DNA of 64,000 bases from Azolla caroliniana (GCA_043228905.1 JBHGNT010000020.1:9486001-9550000), one strand, 5' to 3'. Shown: positions 23,401 to 34,996, numbered from the stretch's first letter. Program-made: numbers and translations. Notes: generated from the letters alone by a model not told the origin.

Positions 23401-26129
23401 ATTTTCTGGAGGGATCCTCTCATCCGGTCACCATATTTAGTGACCATAAGAACCTTGCCTACTTTCAGGATGCTCGTGTGTTGAATCGACGTCAAGCTCG
23501 GTGGGCCCACTTCCTCACGCATTTCGACTTCAAAATTACATATCGTCCGGGGAAGCACCAAGGGAAGGCAGATGCATTATCACAGCGTTCGTATCTAGCA
23601 CCCCGTCCCGGCGAGCCAGCTTTCGATAACAAAAAACAAGTCATCTTGGGACCGGCACGACTACAAGCAACAAAGATCTTTGACATGCCCATGGATTCCC
23701 GCGTTATAGATACCATACGCGAAGACTTTGAGACAGATGCGTTCGCCCAAGCTATACTAGCACAAATTGATCCCTCTCGAGCGTCGTGTTCACAATCGCA
23801 ACCACCATGTACGGACTATCGGCAATTCAAATACCATGATGGATTACTCTTCTTTAAAGAATTTTTGTATGTTCCTAATGGTTCTTGCCACCTTCAAGTA
23901 GTACAAAACTGTCATGACACATATATAGCTGGGATTTTGGTAGTACTAAAACACTACATTTAGTACAACGATCATTCTGGTGGCCCTGTATGCGACAATT
24001 TGTCGAGGATTTTGTTCGGACTTGTGATACATGCTGCAAAGCGAAAATGCCAAGGCATCATCCATATGGTTTATTAGAACCATTACCAATTCCAAGCAAG
24101 CCGTGGCAATCCATTGCTCTAGACTTCATCACAGATCTTCCAATCTCTAAGGGGTTCAATGCGATTCTAACGGTGGTCGATTGATATACGAAGATGACTC
24201 ATTTCTTGCCATGTACTAAGGAGATCTCCAGTGAAGACACTGCCGAAATTGTCATGCGTGAAGTATGTCGGCATCATGGACTTCCCGATAGTATCATCAG
24301 CGACCGTGGACCCCAATTCGTGTCAAAATTCTGGAAGCACCTTTTTAACATGCTCAAGGTCACTTGTAACCTCTCCTCCGGTTACCACCCACAAACCGAT
24401 GGCCAAGCCGAACGAACCAATCAAACGCTGGAGCAGTATCTGCGGTGCTTTCTCAGCTATCATCAGGATGACTGGGCAAATATTCTCCATTTCACCGAAT
24501 TTGCCTATAACAACTCTATCCACGCATCCACGAAAGTTACGCCATTTTATGCTTATACGGGATGTCACCCCCGGTTGTGTGTACTTGAAACCCTAGAGGT
24601 GTCCACAAATCCTTGCGCAGAGGATCGTTTGGAGAGGTTACCCAAGATACAAGCGGATTTATCTACTCATCTCCAACAAGCTCAACAAACACACAAGGTT
24701 TATGCGGATCATCATCGACTCCCATCTAGTTTTAACATTGGAGATCAGGTATGGCTACTCCGACGACACATCAAGACTACTCGCCCATGCGAGAAGTTGG
24801 ATTATCGGCGATTAGGTCCTTTCCGTATTATTGGAAAGATTAATGATGTCGCTTTTCGTCTTGATCTACCTCCACAACTTCGGATACATCCGGTGTTTCA
24901 TAGTTCTCTCCTCGAACCCTATCAAGAAAGCACCATCACCATCCCAGGACGTATTACACAGCCTCCACCCCCGATCAAGCTTGAAGATGGACCTAAGTAC
25001 GAGGTTGCCGCCATCCTTGATTCCAAGCTTGTTCGCAACAAGCTCTACTATCTAGCCGACTGGCTAGGATATAGTCCCAGCGAGTGTACTTGGGAACCGA
25101 TAGAGAATGTCACCAATGCTCGTGCTCTTCTTGAAGACTTCCATCGTCAATATCCAGACAAACTGGGTCCTCAATCCAAAACGACTCGTTACACTCGTCG
25201 TTTTAAAGGGGGGATAGTGTCATGATATGGCAAGACTCGAACCCATGACCTTATACTACATGGGTCGAGCTCTTGACCATTAGACTATACATTGTAATGC
25301 ATAAAATGTTATTTTCATTTATGTTTTATTATAGAAAATTGATGTATATTCCAGATTTCTCTAGAACATTCTAGAAACTTCAGGATTATTCCTTAGAACA
25401 CTATAAAAGGAGGCACAAGGCATTATTTCGAACCAAATCGGTTCAATGCCAGTCTTAAGCCTCCTAGCTATTGTACATTTTCTTCACATAATATATATCT
25501 TTTCTTATCATCACACACTCTCTCTCTCTCCCTCCTTCTCACTCACTCTTTCCTTCTCTTGAGAGTTCTTCACCTCTCTTAGTACTAATACTTCTTTTAG
25601 TACTAATTCCTTCTCTATCTTAGTATTGTTCCTAACAGACATTAGCTGACATGGACACCATAAGAAGGCCAAAAGCCAAAAGCCGACCAAAGTTAAGCTT
25701 GAGGGGGCATGTTGAGAATCAAGCTCAACATAATCTAGTGTGTGAACACACATTTTGAGAATCTATGAGCACTCATAGGTCAAAGGTCACCAATACTTTT
25801 TATACATTAACTATACGTCATAGAATCATATTCTATGACACATAACTAATTGTTGGGAAACAAGGTCCCTCCATATGGGAAGGAGAACACAAACCGGATC
25901 AGTTGGATCCGAAGGAGAATAAAGGCCGGACGCGGATCTGGATAGGCATCCGAAAGAGGCCACATATGTAAATAGGTTTAGCGTTGCACCTATTTAGGTC
26001 AGATTTGTAAATAGTCCTAATTTATATAAGTATAAATATAAATGGGGCAAAAACATTAGGTATGAAGTTCATATTGTTGTAATAATGTGATAGTGTGAGA
26101 GAGAGTGTGAGACATGGAGACATAGAGAC

Positions 26130-26169
<40 letters not shown>

Positions 26170-26857
26170 AGAGCGTGTTGTTGCATCTCTGTTGTACCCG
26201 CCATCTAGCGAAGAAGACGAGCCCAGGGTCTTGCCTGGTAGTCTCTCTGTATTTCCTTTCGCATAGTGACATAGCTTGGAGTCTGTGGACTCCCGTGGTT
26301 TTTCCCTGTTAGGGTTTTCCACGTAAAACATCTTGTGTCACTATACTTGTGTATTTCTGTTTCCTGTTTTGTTTGTTCAAATCTTTCACCAGCATACATT
26401 ATAGTATAAACCGGTTGTGGCCGTCTTCGATCTCAACAAACTGGTATCAGGGCGATGAAAGACTCATTTGGCGGCATGTTCAAACTAACCGGCTCCAACT
26501 ATTCAGTGTGGAAATCGAAGATGAGGGACATGTTGGTGTTCAAAGATTTATGGTTGCCGATGCAGTAATGTAAGACCAAACTAGACAAGATTGATGCATC
26601 GACTTGGGAAGTCATGCACCTGAAGACAACATCATACATAAGATGTTTTATAGACATGAATCTATACAACAACTTCAACGAGGACAACAAGGCGGATGTC
26701 TTTTGGGAGAAGATTGACATTATGTTTGAAAACAATAATGTCGTTAACAAAGTCTCCGTTGTCGTAGTGTATTTTGTACACTACGTGAAAAACGTATATA
26801 GTATTAGATTCAATAAAAAATGAAGAAATAGAAGAAAATAGCAAAATAAATGGAACA

Positions 26858-26929
26858 TGCATAGGGCAAGATTCGAACCTTGCACCTCCATGTTAATAAT
26901 GTAATGTCTTACCATTACACTAGCATTTC
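26858..26929 (-). promoter_or_regulatory. tRNA-like Pol III type-2 promoter cassette in E2 LTR (copy at 29612-29683)
   Basis: A-box TAGTGTAATGG (26922-26912), B-box GGTTCGAATC (26879-26870) inside a GCAAG/CTTGC stem; T4 run downstream at 26846-26843. Confidence 0.65.
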
Positions 26930-27528
26930 ATTAGTGTTAAAGCATAGATGTCCCACATAGAAAGGTAAATTCACGCTAGGATAAACATTAGAAAAACGCA
27001 TAACAAAAGAAAAAGCTACACATACACATCTAGCGTGCATGATAAAAAACGCACAAGTTAGAAAAAAAGCATGATCACTTTAGATAAAGCATATAGTCTA
27101 TCTATAGGAAAAGCATGGGGTCTATAGTTAGAGAAAAAGCATAGATTACTAAGACTTCCTCATCACTACATAAGGATGGGGAGCACAATGTAATTGTGTG
27201 TGAAAAAATATTTGGAAACTGGATATGTTTCTAAAAAACACCAATTAATAAACTATACTCGTGGGATTCACGAGGATTCTATATCATTCTCTTTCAACCC
27301 AAATTTATATTCTTATATTCATATTGATTAATCAAATACAATACACTCGTGGGATTCACGAGTTTGTTATAACTCTTTCTTACAACATATTTATATTCTT
27401 ATTAGCCTTAAAACTCTCCTCTTCCTAGTCCAAAACCCCAGCGGTTCCCACCCGACTCATGCAACGATCCGGAGCCGAAAGGCACGACACAAGTTGGTGA
27501 ACCCGACGTGAAGGCGGGTGGCAAGGAG

Positions 27529-29457
27529 ATGGAGAATCAACAAGAGGCGATGAACATGATGATGATGATGTTCGAGAGAATGCTACAAGAACAACGCGAG
27601 ATGTCGGAGATCACGACAGTAGTACAACGGCTCGTGCAACGGAACGGGCAATTTGATGGAAAGGATGTGTCACGCTATCTACGTGACTACAAGGCGGAGA
27701 TGATACGATGTGGGATACCGGAAGGATTGCAAGTGACATCCTTCAATCGGGTGGCCACGGATGAGCTACAAGAGAGAATCCACAAGATACGGCAACAAAA
27801 CTCGACATGGGGATCATTCGAAGAAGCTTTACGAGAGTCATATGATTACAAGAGATCGAAGGGACAAGATCGGCGAAAATTCGACGAATGGGTGGCATCG
27901 GAGAAGACCCACCGAAGTGCAACACAAGCATTCCTAGAGTTCGAGCATCGTTTTGCTCGACTCTCGGAGCGGGAACGAAGATTGGTGGGAGAAGATAAAG
28001 TCTTAATGTTCGTAAGATCGATCGATCGGAAAGAAAGGATGGACATTGGGATCGAACTCGAAGATGATGACGGTGCGAACGGCCTTACCGAGGATTGGGC
28101 TAAAGTCGAAAGGGTATGCCGAAGACATGATGAAAGGAAGCTGAGAATCTCGTCAACAACGACATGGCCCATGAAGGATGGTCGATTGAGGAAAAACGAT
28201 GAAGCCAATATGAAGGCCGAAATACAACATGATGGTACCACGGGAGAAAGAGTGGAACAAGACACCCACTCGTCTTGTGAAAGAACGATGGCGAAGGATA
28301 AGGCCAATAATTCAAGTGTAGAAGGAAATTTCGGGATACAAGTGCCCGAGACATCGGGTCAAAAAGGGGTAAGCATAATAGATGTTTGCATAATTGATGC
28401 AGATAAAGAGTGTGAAGCGGATGTGATTAAGGAGGTAGCCACAAAAGACGAAATCGAATCGGAGGTGGCTATGGACGAATCAATGGCGGATTGCCATATC
28501 GAGACTTCCCCACCACTGATTCCAGAGACTCCGGCGGTTGCGATCGAAAGGCAACGTGAGACCGAAGAGACGGAAGGTGGCGGAGAGAAAACGAATGTCG
28601 AAGCCGACGAATACGATGAAGAGATAGCCGAGAAGAATGCTAAGGGTGAAACTACGAAAGAAGGTAATACCGAGGATTCATGCCAACAATATCTAGAGAC
28701 TTCGGCGGTTGTGTCCGAGAACCAACGTGAGACCGGAGAGACGGGAGATGGCGGCGAGGAAGGTAAAGTCGGAAGTCGGTTCGGATGGAAAATGATCCAT
28801 CCGAAATTCCAATCTAAAAGAAAGTGCGACAATGCGGAGGTCGGGTCTACGACGGGAGAAGCGCGTAATACAGAGCACGCTCTACGGCGAATAAAGAAAC
28901 GCGTGTTATGGCGAATAAAGAAGCACGCGCTACGGCGAGAAAAGAAGCATGCATTACAACCACACGAGGACCGAACAACGAGCACATATCGGAGGACCTA
29001 CGTGGCGAACAACGGAAAGAAGTGCCGAAAGTCGAACCGGACAAGGCAGGTGAAAACGAAGAAAAGAAAGCAAATCCGGACGAAAAGAAAAGAAAAGAAA
29101 CCGACCCGAAAGAGCACTGAATCGGTAAAAACCGATCAACCGAGTCCGGATCGACCGAATACAAATCGGAAAGGAAGCCGAACTAAACGAAAGACGATCC
29201 GACGAGACCGAATCGGAAGTAAGCTAATCCGACTAAACCGAAAATCCGAAAAGAAGTCGAGATTGATGAAGAAAAGAAAGAGGGCAAGAAAAGATACTAC
29301 CGCGGATGACAAGGACCAAGCGGGCCATGCAAAAAGCGAACATAGAATATGGTGGATCGGATGGCGACAATGGTTCGGGTGGAAAGAATGGGTCTACTCA
29401 AAATGGAGAGACAAAGTTGACATAGCGGGACAAACGGAGGATGAAGGAGGAGACTAA
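27529..29457 (+). CDS. Intact 642-aa Gag-like protein of E2
   Basis: N-terminal ~210 aa resemble Gypsy D Gag (GQFDGKDVSRYLRDYKAEM vs GRFSGKDATSYLEAYKYEM; GLTEDWAKVERVC vs GLTIDWATVKEVC), followed by acidic, basic and Trp-rich segments. Confidence 0.88.
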   Translation: MENQQEAMNMMMMMFERMLQEQREMSEITTVVQRLVQRNGQFDGKDVSRYLRDYKAEMIRCGIPEGLQVTSFNRVATDELQERIHKIRQQNSTWGSFEEALRESYDYKRSKGQDRRKFDEWVASEKTHRSATQAFLEFEHRFARLSERERRLVGEDKVLMFVRSIDRKERMDIGIELEDDDGANGLTEDWAKVERVCRRHDERKLRISSTTTWPMKDGRLRKNDEANMKAEIQHDGTTGERVEQDTHSSCERTMAKDKANNSSVEGNFGIQVPETSGQKGVSIIDVCIIDADKECEADVIKEVATKDEIESEVAMDESMADCHIETSPPLIPETPAVAIERQRETEETEGGGEKTNVEADEYDEEIAEKNAKGETTKEGNTEDSCQQYLETSAVVSENQRETGETGDGGEEGKVGSRFGWKMIHPKFQSKRKCDNAEVGSTTGEARNTEHALRRIKKRVLWRIKKHALRREKKHALQPHEDRTTSTYRRTYVANNGKKCRKSNRTRQVKTKKRKQIRTKRKEKKPTRKSTESVKTDQPSPDRPNTNRKGSRTKRKTIRRDRIGSKLIRLNRKSEKKSRLMKKRKRARKDTTADDKDQAGHAKSEHRIWWIGWRQWFGWKEWVYSKWRDKVDIAGQTEDEGGD

Positions 29458-32073
29458 CAAACACCAACAACTTCGGCACATACCGGAGGATGTGCGGGTT
29501 TGGAGGGGGTGAGTGTCGTAGTGTATTTTGTACACTACGTGAAAAACGTATATAGTATTAGATTCAATAAAAAATGAAGAAATAGAAGAAAATAGCAAAA
29601 TAAATGGAACATGCATAGGGCAAGATTCGAACCTTGCACCTCCATGTTAATAATGTAATGTCTTACCATTACACTAGCATTTCATTAGTGTTAAAGCGTA
29701 GATGTCCCACATAGAAAGGTAAATTCACGCTAGGATAAACATTAGAAAAACGCATAACAAAAGAAAAAGCTACACATACACATCTAGCGTGCATGATAAA
29801 AAACGCACAAGTTAGAAAAAAAGCATGATCACTTTAGATAAAGCATATAGTCTATCTATAGGAAAAGCATGGGGTCTATAGTTAGAGAAAAAGCATAGAT
29901 TACTAAGACTTCCTCATCACTACATAAGGATGGGGAGCACAATGTAATTGTGTGTGAAAAAATATTTGGAAACTGGATATGTTTCTAAAAAACACCAATT
30001 AATAAACTATACTCGTGGGATTCACGAGGATTCTATATCATTCTCTTTCAACCCAAATTTATATTCTTATATTCATATTGATTAATCAAATACAATACAC
30101 TCGTGGGATTCACGAGTTTGTTATAACTCTTTCTTACAACATATTTATATTCTTATTAGCCTTAAAACTCTCCTCTTCCTAGTCCAAAACCCCAGCGGTT
30201 CCCACCCGACTCACGCAACGATCCGGAGCCGAAAGGCACGACACCGTGTTCCATGTTGTTGATCAGTGAGCAGAACGAAGTGAATCTTGTCGGCGATGAA
30301 TCGACATGGGTGGTTGACTCTAGAGCGTCGTTTCACCTGACCCCTGACCAGAAGTGCTTCTCATTGTACAGAGTCAGAGACCACGATTTTGTAAAGATGG
30401 GAAATGAAGGAGCATGTTGAATCATCAGCATAGGAGATGTGTGTTTGGAAACGTCGTGCAGATTAGTGCTGAAGGATGTTCAACACATTCCAGAAGTAAG
30501 ATTGAATCCGATATCGAAAAACTTAATAATGTTACATCTAAACATCTTGTACTCTAAAAAAAAAGGGAAGAGGCCATAAGCTTGGATTCATTTGATTCTC
30601 TATCAAACAAGGATGACAATGGAAATTTGAGCATAGAATGTAAATCTACATGCTAGATTGCCTTAATTTTGATGAAAGATGAATTCGGAATCTCATGTCA
30701 AAGTGCTTGGTGCATCAACATCTTGGGGATTTTACAAGGTTCGTGACGTAATTTTCGAATTGCGAATTCAAGTTGTAGACCAAATTTAAGTCATTAGTGA
30801 AAGAAAATTAACTAATGATGCGAATTGAACGCATAACACTGAGTTGAAACTCAACACTCCAGGTTGATGTAGGACTCTCCGTGGTTTTAATCCATTGAAA
30901 GCCCCTTCTTGAAGGGCATCCTTGGAATTTAAATTCACAAAGGGTTTACATGAAATTTTCCACAAAGGGAGGGAGTAAGGAGGAGAAGAGAGGAAGAGGC
31001 TAGGCCCAAAAGACTATATACACATACACGTCAATACATAACAACATAACTTCACATTTCAATCACATATACATAAACATTCATACAAATATAATGCACA
31101 TGCATGCAAATATAAACATATATACATACTTACAAGTTACACATGTAACTATATACATACATCTTTCTTTTAGTAACACTTTTATTACTAGTGGGAAGCC
31201 TCAAAGTGAGGTGAAAACCCATAAAGAATAAAGAGAAATATACAAGTGTCGATTAGACACTAAAGAGTTTAGAAGCACTCAAAGTAAAGATTGCAAATTT
31301 GTAGTGTGATGTCTCTAAGTTGCAGACAATCAAATAGAGATTGTCTGAGTAGTTGCTTAAAGAAGCTAACTTCATGCCTTTGGTTTTGATCAAAGACCTT
31401 ATTATTGCGGACCATATACATACACATATGCACATTTCCACGTATTGATATTTATGTATATATATACATAAATATGTGCATATTTGTATGTTCATACACA
31501 CACACACACACACTCAAGTACACACATGCATTGTATTTTGCATGCATGGGTTGAACATTATATACATAGCCATATTTATGCACACATACAAGACAACCAT
31601 ATAAATACTCTTATATGCCTAGGCACTCGTGAACTCACACATTTACTTAAGCACTCATATACACACTTGATTATACTATTAAAACTCTTATCAACAACAT
31701 TCAAAGGAAGCTTAAAGCTAGTACAACTGATAAATTTGAGGCTCTTGATCATCAATTGGAGCCAATCCCATGTTCCATTGTTTAGGTTTTCCATGTGGTT
31801 CTACGCACATTTCACACTCATGTGCATAACTCCACAACAACGAAGTATAATAAGATGTGATTGCATGTGTTTGTTGCCATATGTTAGGTTTACCTAAATG
31901 CCATTATATTTGAATTTGAAATTATTCACTTGGATGTGAGGGCCTCTACTAGGCATATGGTTCAATGGCCATCATAAGCAAATCATCAACGATCGTCTCA
32001 AATTGTGCATTCACATTCCATTCCTTTACTAGTTTGCATGCCCAACTAGAAGAGGTAAGGATTAGCAAACCAG

Positions 32074-32285
32074 GCTTTTAGAAACATTAAATTTCCTCTT
32101 AGAGAGGTAAAGTTATTATACAAAGCTATTGAAGAATCATCTTCCTAGACTTGGGCACCCCTATGAACAATGGCACGATGCTTTTAGAAACATTAGATTT
32201 CCTCTTAGAGAGGTAATGTTATTATACAAAGTTATTGAAGAGTCATCTTCCTAGACTTGGGCACCCCTATGAACAATGACACGAA
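32074..32285. repeat. Tandem duplication, 2 x 106 bp
   Basis: gcttttagaaacatt...gaacaatg.cacga starts at 32074 and 32180. Confidence 0.9.
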
Positions 32286-33429
32286 TCTACATTGCATCTT
32301 ATCCAAAAATGTCAAGTTCACACTTGAGGAATTGTCAAAGCTTGACCCCAAGACTTGGCACAATGTCCCCCTCCAACTCGATGGTGGACTCTCCCACAAT
32401 TGGTCGAGGTCCCTGAGCACCTATATGACAAATGTAGCGCAATCGAGGATACAATCTCAACTGACAATATAATTCATATGACAAGGAAGTTCGTGAAATG
32501 GGCACACGACCCTCAACTCGTGAATTTGGCTCACGATTTTCATGCCCGTCTACATGAGTGGCGTGGGCATCGTAAGCCTCTAGTGAGTATTGCCCGGTTC
32601 CTCACACACTATCTTTGCACAAAGTTCCAAATTGGCCCACCAACCCACCATACACTCGTTGCCCAGAGCAATACAACATCACCCGAGTACCCCCCCCCCC
32701 CTCGAAGTCAACGCTGACGAGACCTGTACGTTTGCACATTCCGAAATGTGACCACGTTCACCAAGGACAACGGAGCACCTCCATTGGTACCCGAGGAAAG
32801 GCGGGACACAAACTATAATTTGCCAGTTGACATCGAGTGCCTACAACAAGTAAACATCCTCATCAACTCGTGCACGAAGTGGTTCGAGTGGCTCTTTGTT
32901 AGTCTTTTAAATACGTGGAAAGTGACGCATCTAGTTAGGAGAACACACATTGGTAGAGCAAAGTTGATAGTAATTGTTGTCGATGAGCATGTCATACTTA
33001 GTAGATGTCATGGATTGGAAGTCGGCCGCAATGATGTACGAAAGCATTGCATAGAGATAGACGTAGGGTCCCATGACCATGTGGGTGGACTAGCAGCCAT
33101 GTAGAAACCAACCAAAATGGTGTGAGTGTGTAGTATATTTTATGGGGATTTATGTATACGTATGTATACATAATTATATTTGTAAAGCAACGTAGGGGAC
33201 AAGAAAAGACACATAATACATATAACTTGGTCAAACCCCTTCCTTGCTTTTGAGCTTTAGTTTGCCCTTTTCTTTTGCTTTTGGCGTTTCTAGGGTTCCG
33301 TCAGTCCTTTTTGTAGAAGCAGACGGAGAAGCACGGCGACGTGTGATTGGCCCGTATCGATCCTCGACGTCGTCCAGCTGCTGCCGGCGTTTTAAGGGTT
33401 CCGTCAGGACGACGGACTTCTTCCATTTT

Positions 33430-33860
33430 GTAGTAGCGTAGTAGTAGTGGTGGTGGTGGTGGTGATAATAGGAGGAGGAGGAGGAGAATAAGAACGCGAA
33501 CACCAGACGCAGAAGCAACAGCAAGTGCAGAATCAGAATTCGGAAGAAGAAGAAGAAGAAGAAGAAAAGGTAGGTAGTTGTAGAGTAGTAGTAGTGGTGG
33601 CGGTGGTGGTGGTGATAATAGGAGTAGTAGGAGGAGGAGGAGAATAAGAACGCGAACAGCAGCCTGCTCCTTCTTGCTTGTTGGTGTTTGGTTGTTCTAG
33701 GGTTGTTCTAGGGTTCTAAGGTCGAAGAAGAAGAGGAGAATTAGGAAGCAGAAGCAGAAAAAGAGGTAGGTGTAAGCCGAAGTAGAAGTAGAAGTAGAAG
33801 TAGAAGCTGAAGGAGAAGGAGAAGGAGAAGGAGAAGACGCAGGAGGAGGAGGAGACAGTA
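33430..33860. repeat. Low-complexity (GTA/GTG/GAG/GAA) microsatellite region with an internal ~70-bp duplication
   Basis: gtagtagtggtgg..gataataggag..aataagaacgcgaac occurs at ~33440 and ~33585. Confidence 0.8.
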
Positions 33861-33863
33861 GCA

Positions 33864-34996
33864 ATGGGATCAGAAATGGTGAGAAGAGAAGAAGTATCAT
33901 CTCCTGAGAGTGCGATCAAGAAGCGATCATCACGTCGTCCCAAAAAGATGCCCGCTGATGTGACGCCAGAGGAGGCATATTATCGAACTCTCACGCCTGT
34001 TTGCAACAAGTGCGGACAATACAACACAGAATTCCGCTACTTCAACAACCGCTATCGAACTCCCGGCAGCCGCGTGTCGAACTTCGATCAGCCGCGTTAC
34101 AGGTGCATCTCTCCCTGCAACTTTGAGTTCACATACAGAAGCGACGGGCAGAGCATCAGCAAGAAGAAGTCGAAGAGGAAGAAGACATGCAATACTGTCG
34201 AGTCCGAGTCCACAGCTCATGGGGCCAACAACATCAGCAGCATTATCGGCTTGCCTAGTGATCATCATCAAGAATTGGAGGCTTCTTTTAGCCCTTGGAC
34301 CAAATTTATGACAGGTGTGCACTTCTCTTCTCTTCTTATATAAAGCTTGGAAGCCAGTTAGTTATGTACGTAAACAATTTTGATGCTAATTAGGGGTATA
34401 TGACAGATGATGATAATTGTACAGGAGCGCCGGATGATCCAATAACGCTACTGTGGGACTGCCAAGTCACAGTGCCTGAAACAGGAGCCTACATCTACCC
34501 TACAATGTCAACCACCTGTGCTCCTACAATTTTCAACAGCAACAGTATCGCAGGGATGCCTGATGATTTGATTATGCTCCCAGATGATCCGATTATGCTA
34601 CCAGATGATCCAATTATGCTGGAAACAGGAGCCTACGTCGACCCTGTAACAATGTCAACCACCTGTGCTCCCACTAGTGCTCCTCCTCCAATGTTCGAAA
34701 CAGACACTAACATAGCATCGTCTTGGCCTCCAACTGCCAGTGATGAAGCCATCTTGCAATACCTAGCCCATGAGCTGCTTTGGGACGATGATATGCTTCC
34801 AGAACTACAGGAACAACCATTGTCAACTGATGTACAGCCACTTGACAGTGCTCAAGTGGCACCCTTATCTACATCTAATCTTGTGGATCATCATCATCAT
34901 AGTGATTTGATGATGATGATGGGGAACCAGCATAGCCGCGACAATGTGCCACCGGCCCTGAGAGATTATTTTGCAATGCTGCAACATATTCTCTAG
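33864..34996 (+). CDS. Divergent Dof-like C2C2 zinc-finger protein, probably 2 exons (33864-34314; 34407 or 34425-34996)
   Basis: CNKCGQYNTEFRYFNN...QPRYRCISPC resembles Dof CPRCxSxNTKFCYYNN..QPRHFC; basic KKKSKRKK follows; phase-1 GT donor at 34315 and in-frame AG acceptors at 34406 and 34424 join an acidic, Pro-rich ORF. Confidence 0.65.

Larger units (their letters stand above)
19995..25637 (+). mobile_element. Ty3/Gypsy chromovirus (Tcn1-like), full length with scattered stops and frameshifts
   Basis: LTRs 19995-20430 and 25218-25637; TSD aacat/gacat; gag 20504-21650 with CLYCGGPGHITINC; protease LLDSGA; RT YLDD; RNase H DASD; integrase, GPF and chromodomain YEVAAILD..YYLADWLGY..TWEP; PPT aaagggggga 25205-25214. 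Confidence 0.95.
3283..25850 (+). mobile_element. Old host Copia element H, surviving as fragments 3283-3653, 19466-19994, 25643-25850 (int-RT linker, RT start, RNase H, PPT, start of 3' LTR at 25710)
   Basis: Frame WIFKVKY (to 3653) continues as NANDFVNCYKAR at 19466 across TSD agtat; RNase H motifs 19515-19955; PPT gcttgagggggca 25697-25709 then TGTTGAGAATC. Confidence 0.88.
26760..30243 (+). mobile_element. Non-autonomous gag-only LTR retrotransposon E2 (3.5 kb), very young
   Basis: 730-bp LTRs 26760-27489 and 29514-30243 (~2 differences by eye); perfect TSD ccgt; PBS tRNA-Trp 27495-27512; PPT ggagggggtgag 29502-29513. Confidence 0.96.
25851..30515 (+). mobile_element. Truncated Copia element of a different (Tnt1/Tork-like) type: 5' LTR, PBS, gag start, protease remnant; interrupted by E2
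   Basis: LTR TGTTGGG...CTCAACA 25851-26438; PBS tggtatcagggc 26442-26453; gag MKDSFGGMFKLTGSNYSVWK from 26455; WVVDS(R)ASFHLTP near 30307; no 3' half found. Confidence 0.82.

Noticed and set aside
9534-29683. Functional tRNA genes in the LTRs
   Set aside because: Acceptor and anticodon stems do not pair; only the promoter boxes and parts of the D/T arms remain.
32232-33234. Short ORFs as a host gene
   Set aside because: No recognisable motif or consistent exon structure; probably a decayed repeat.
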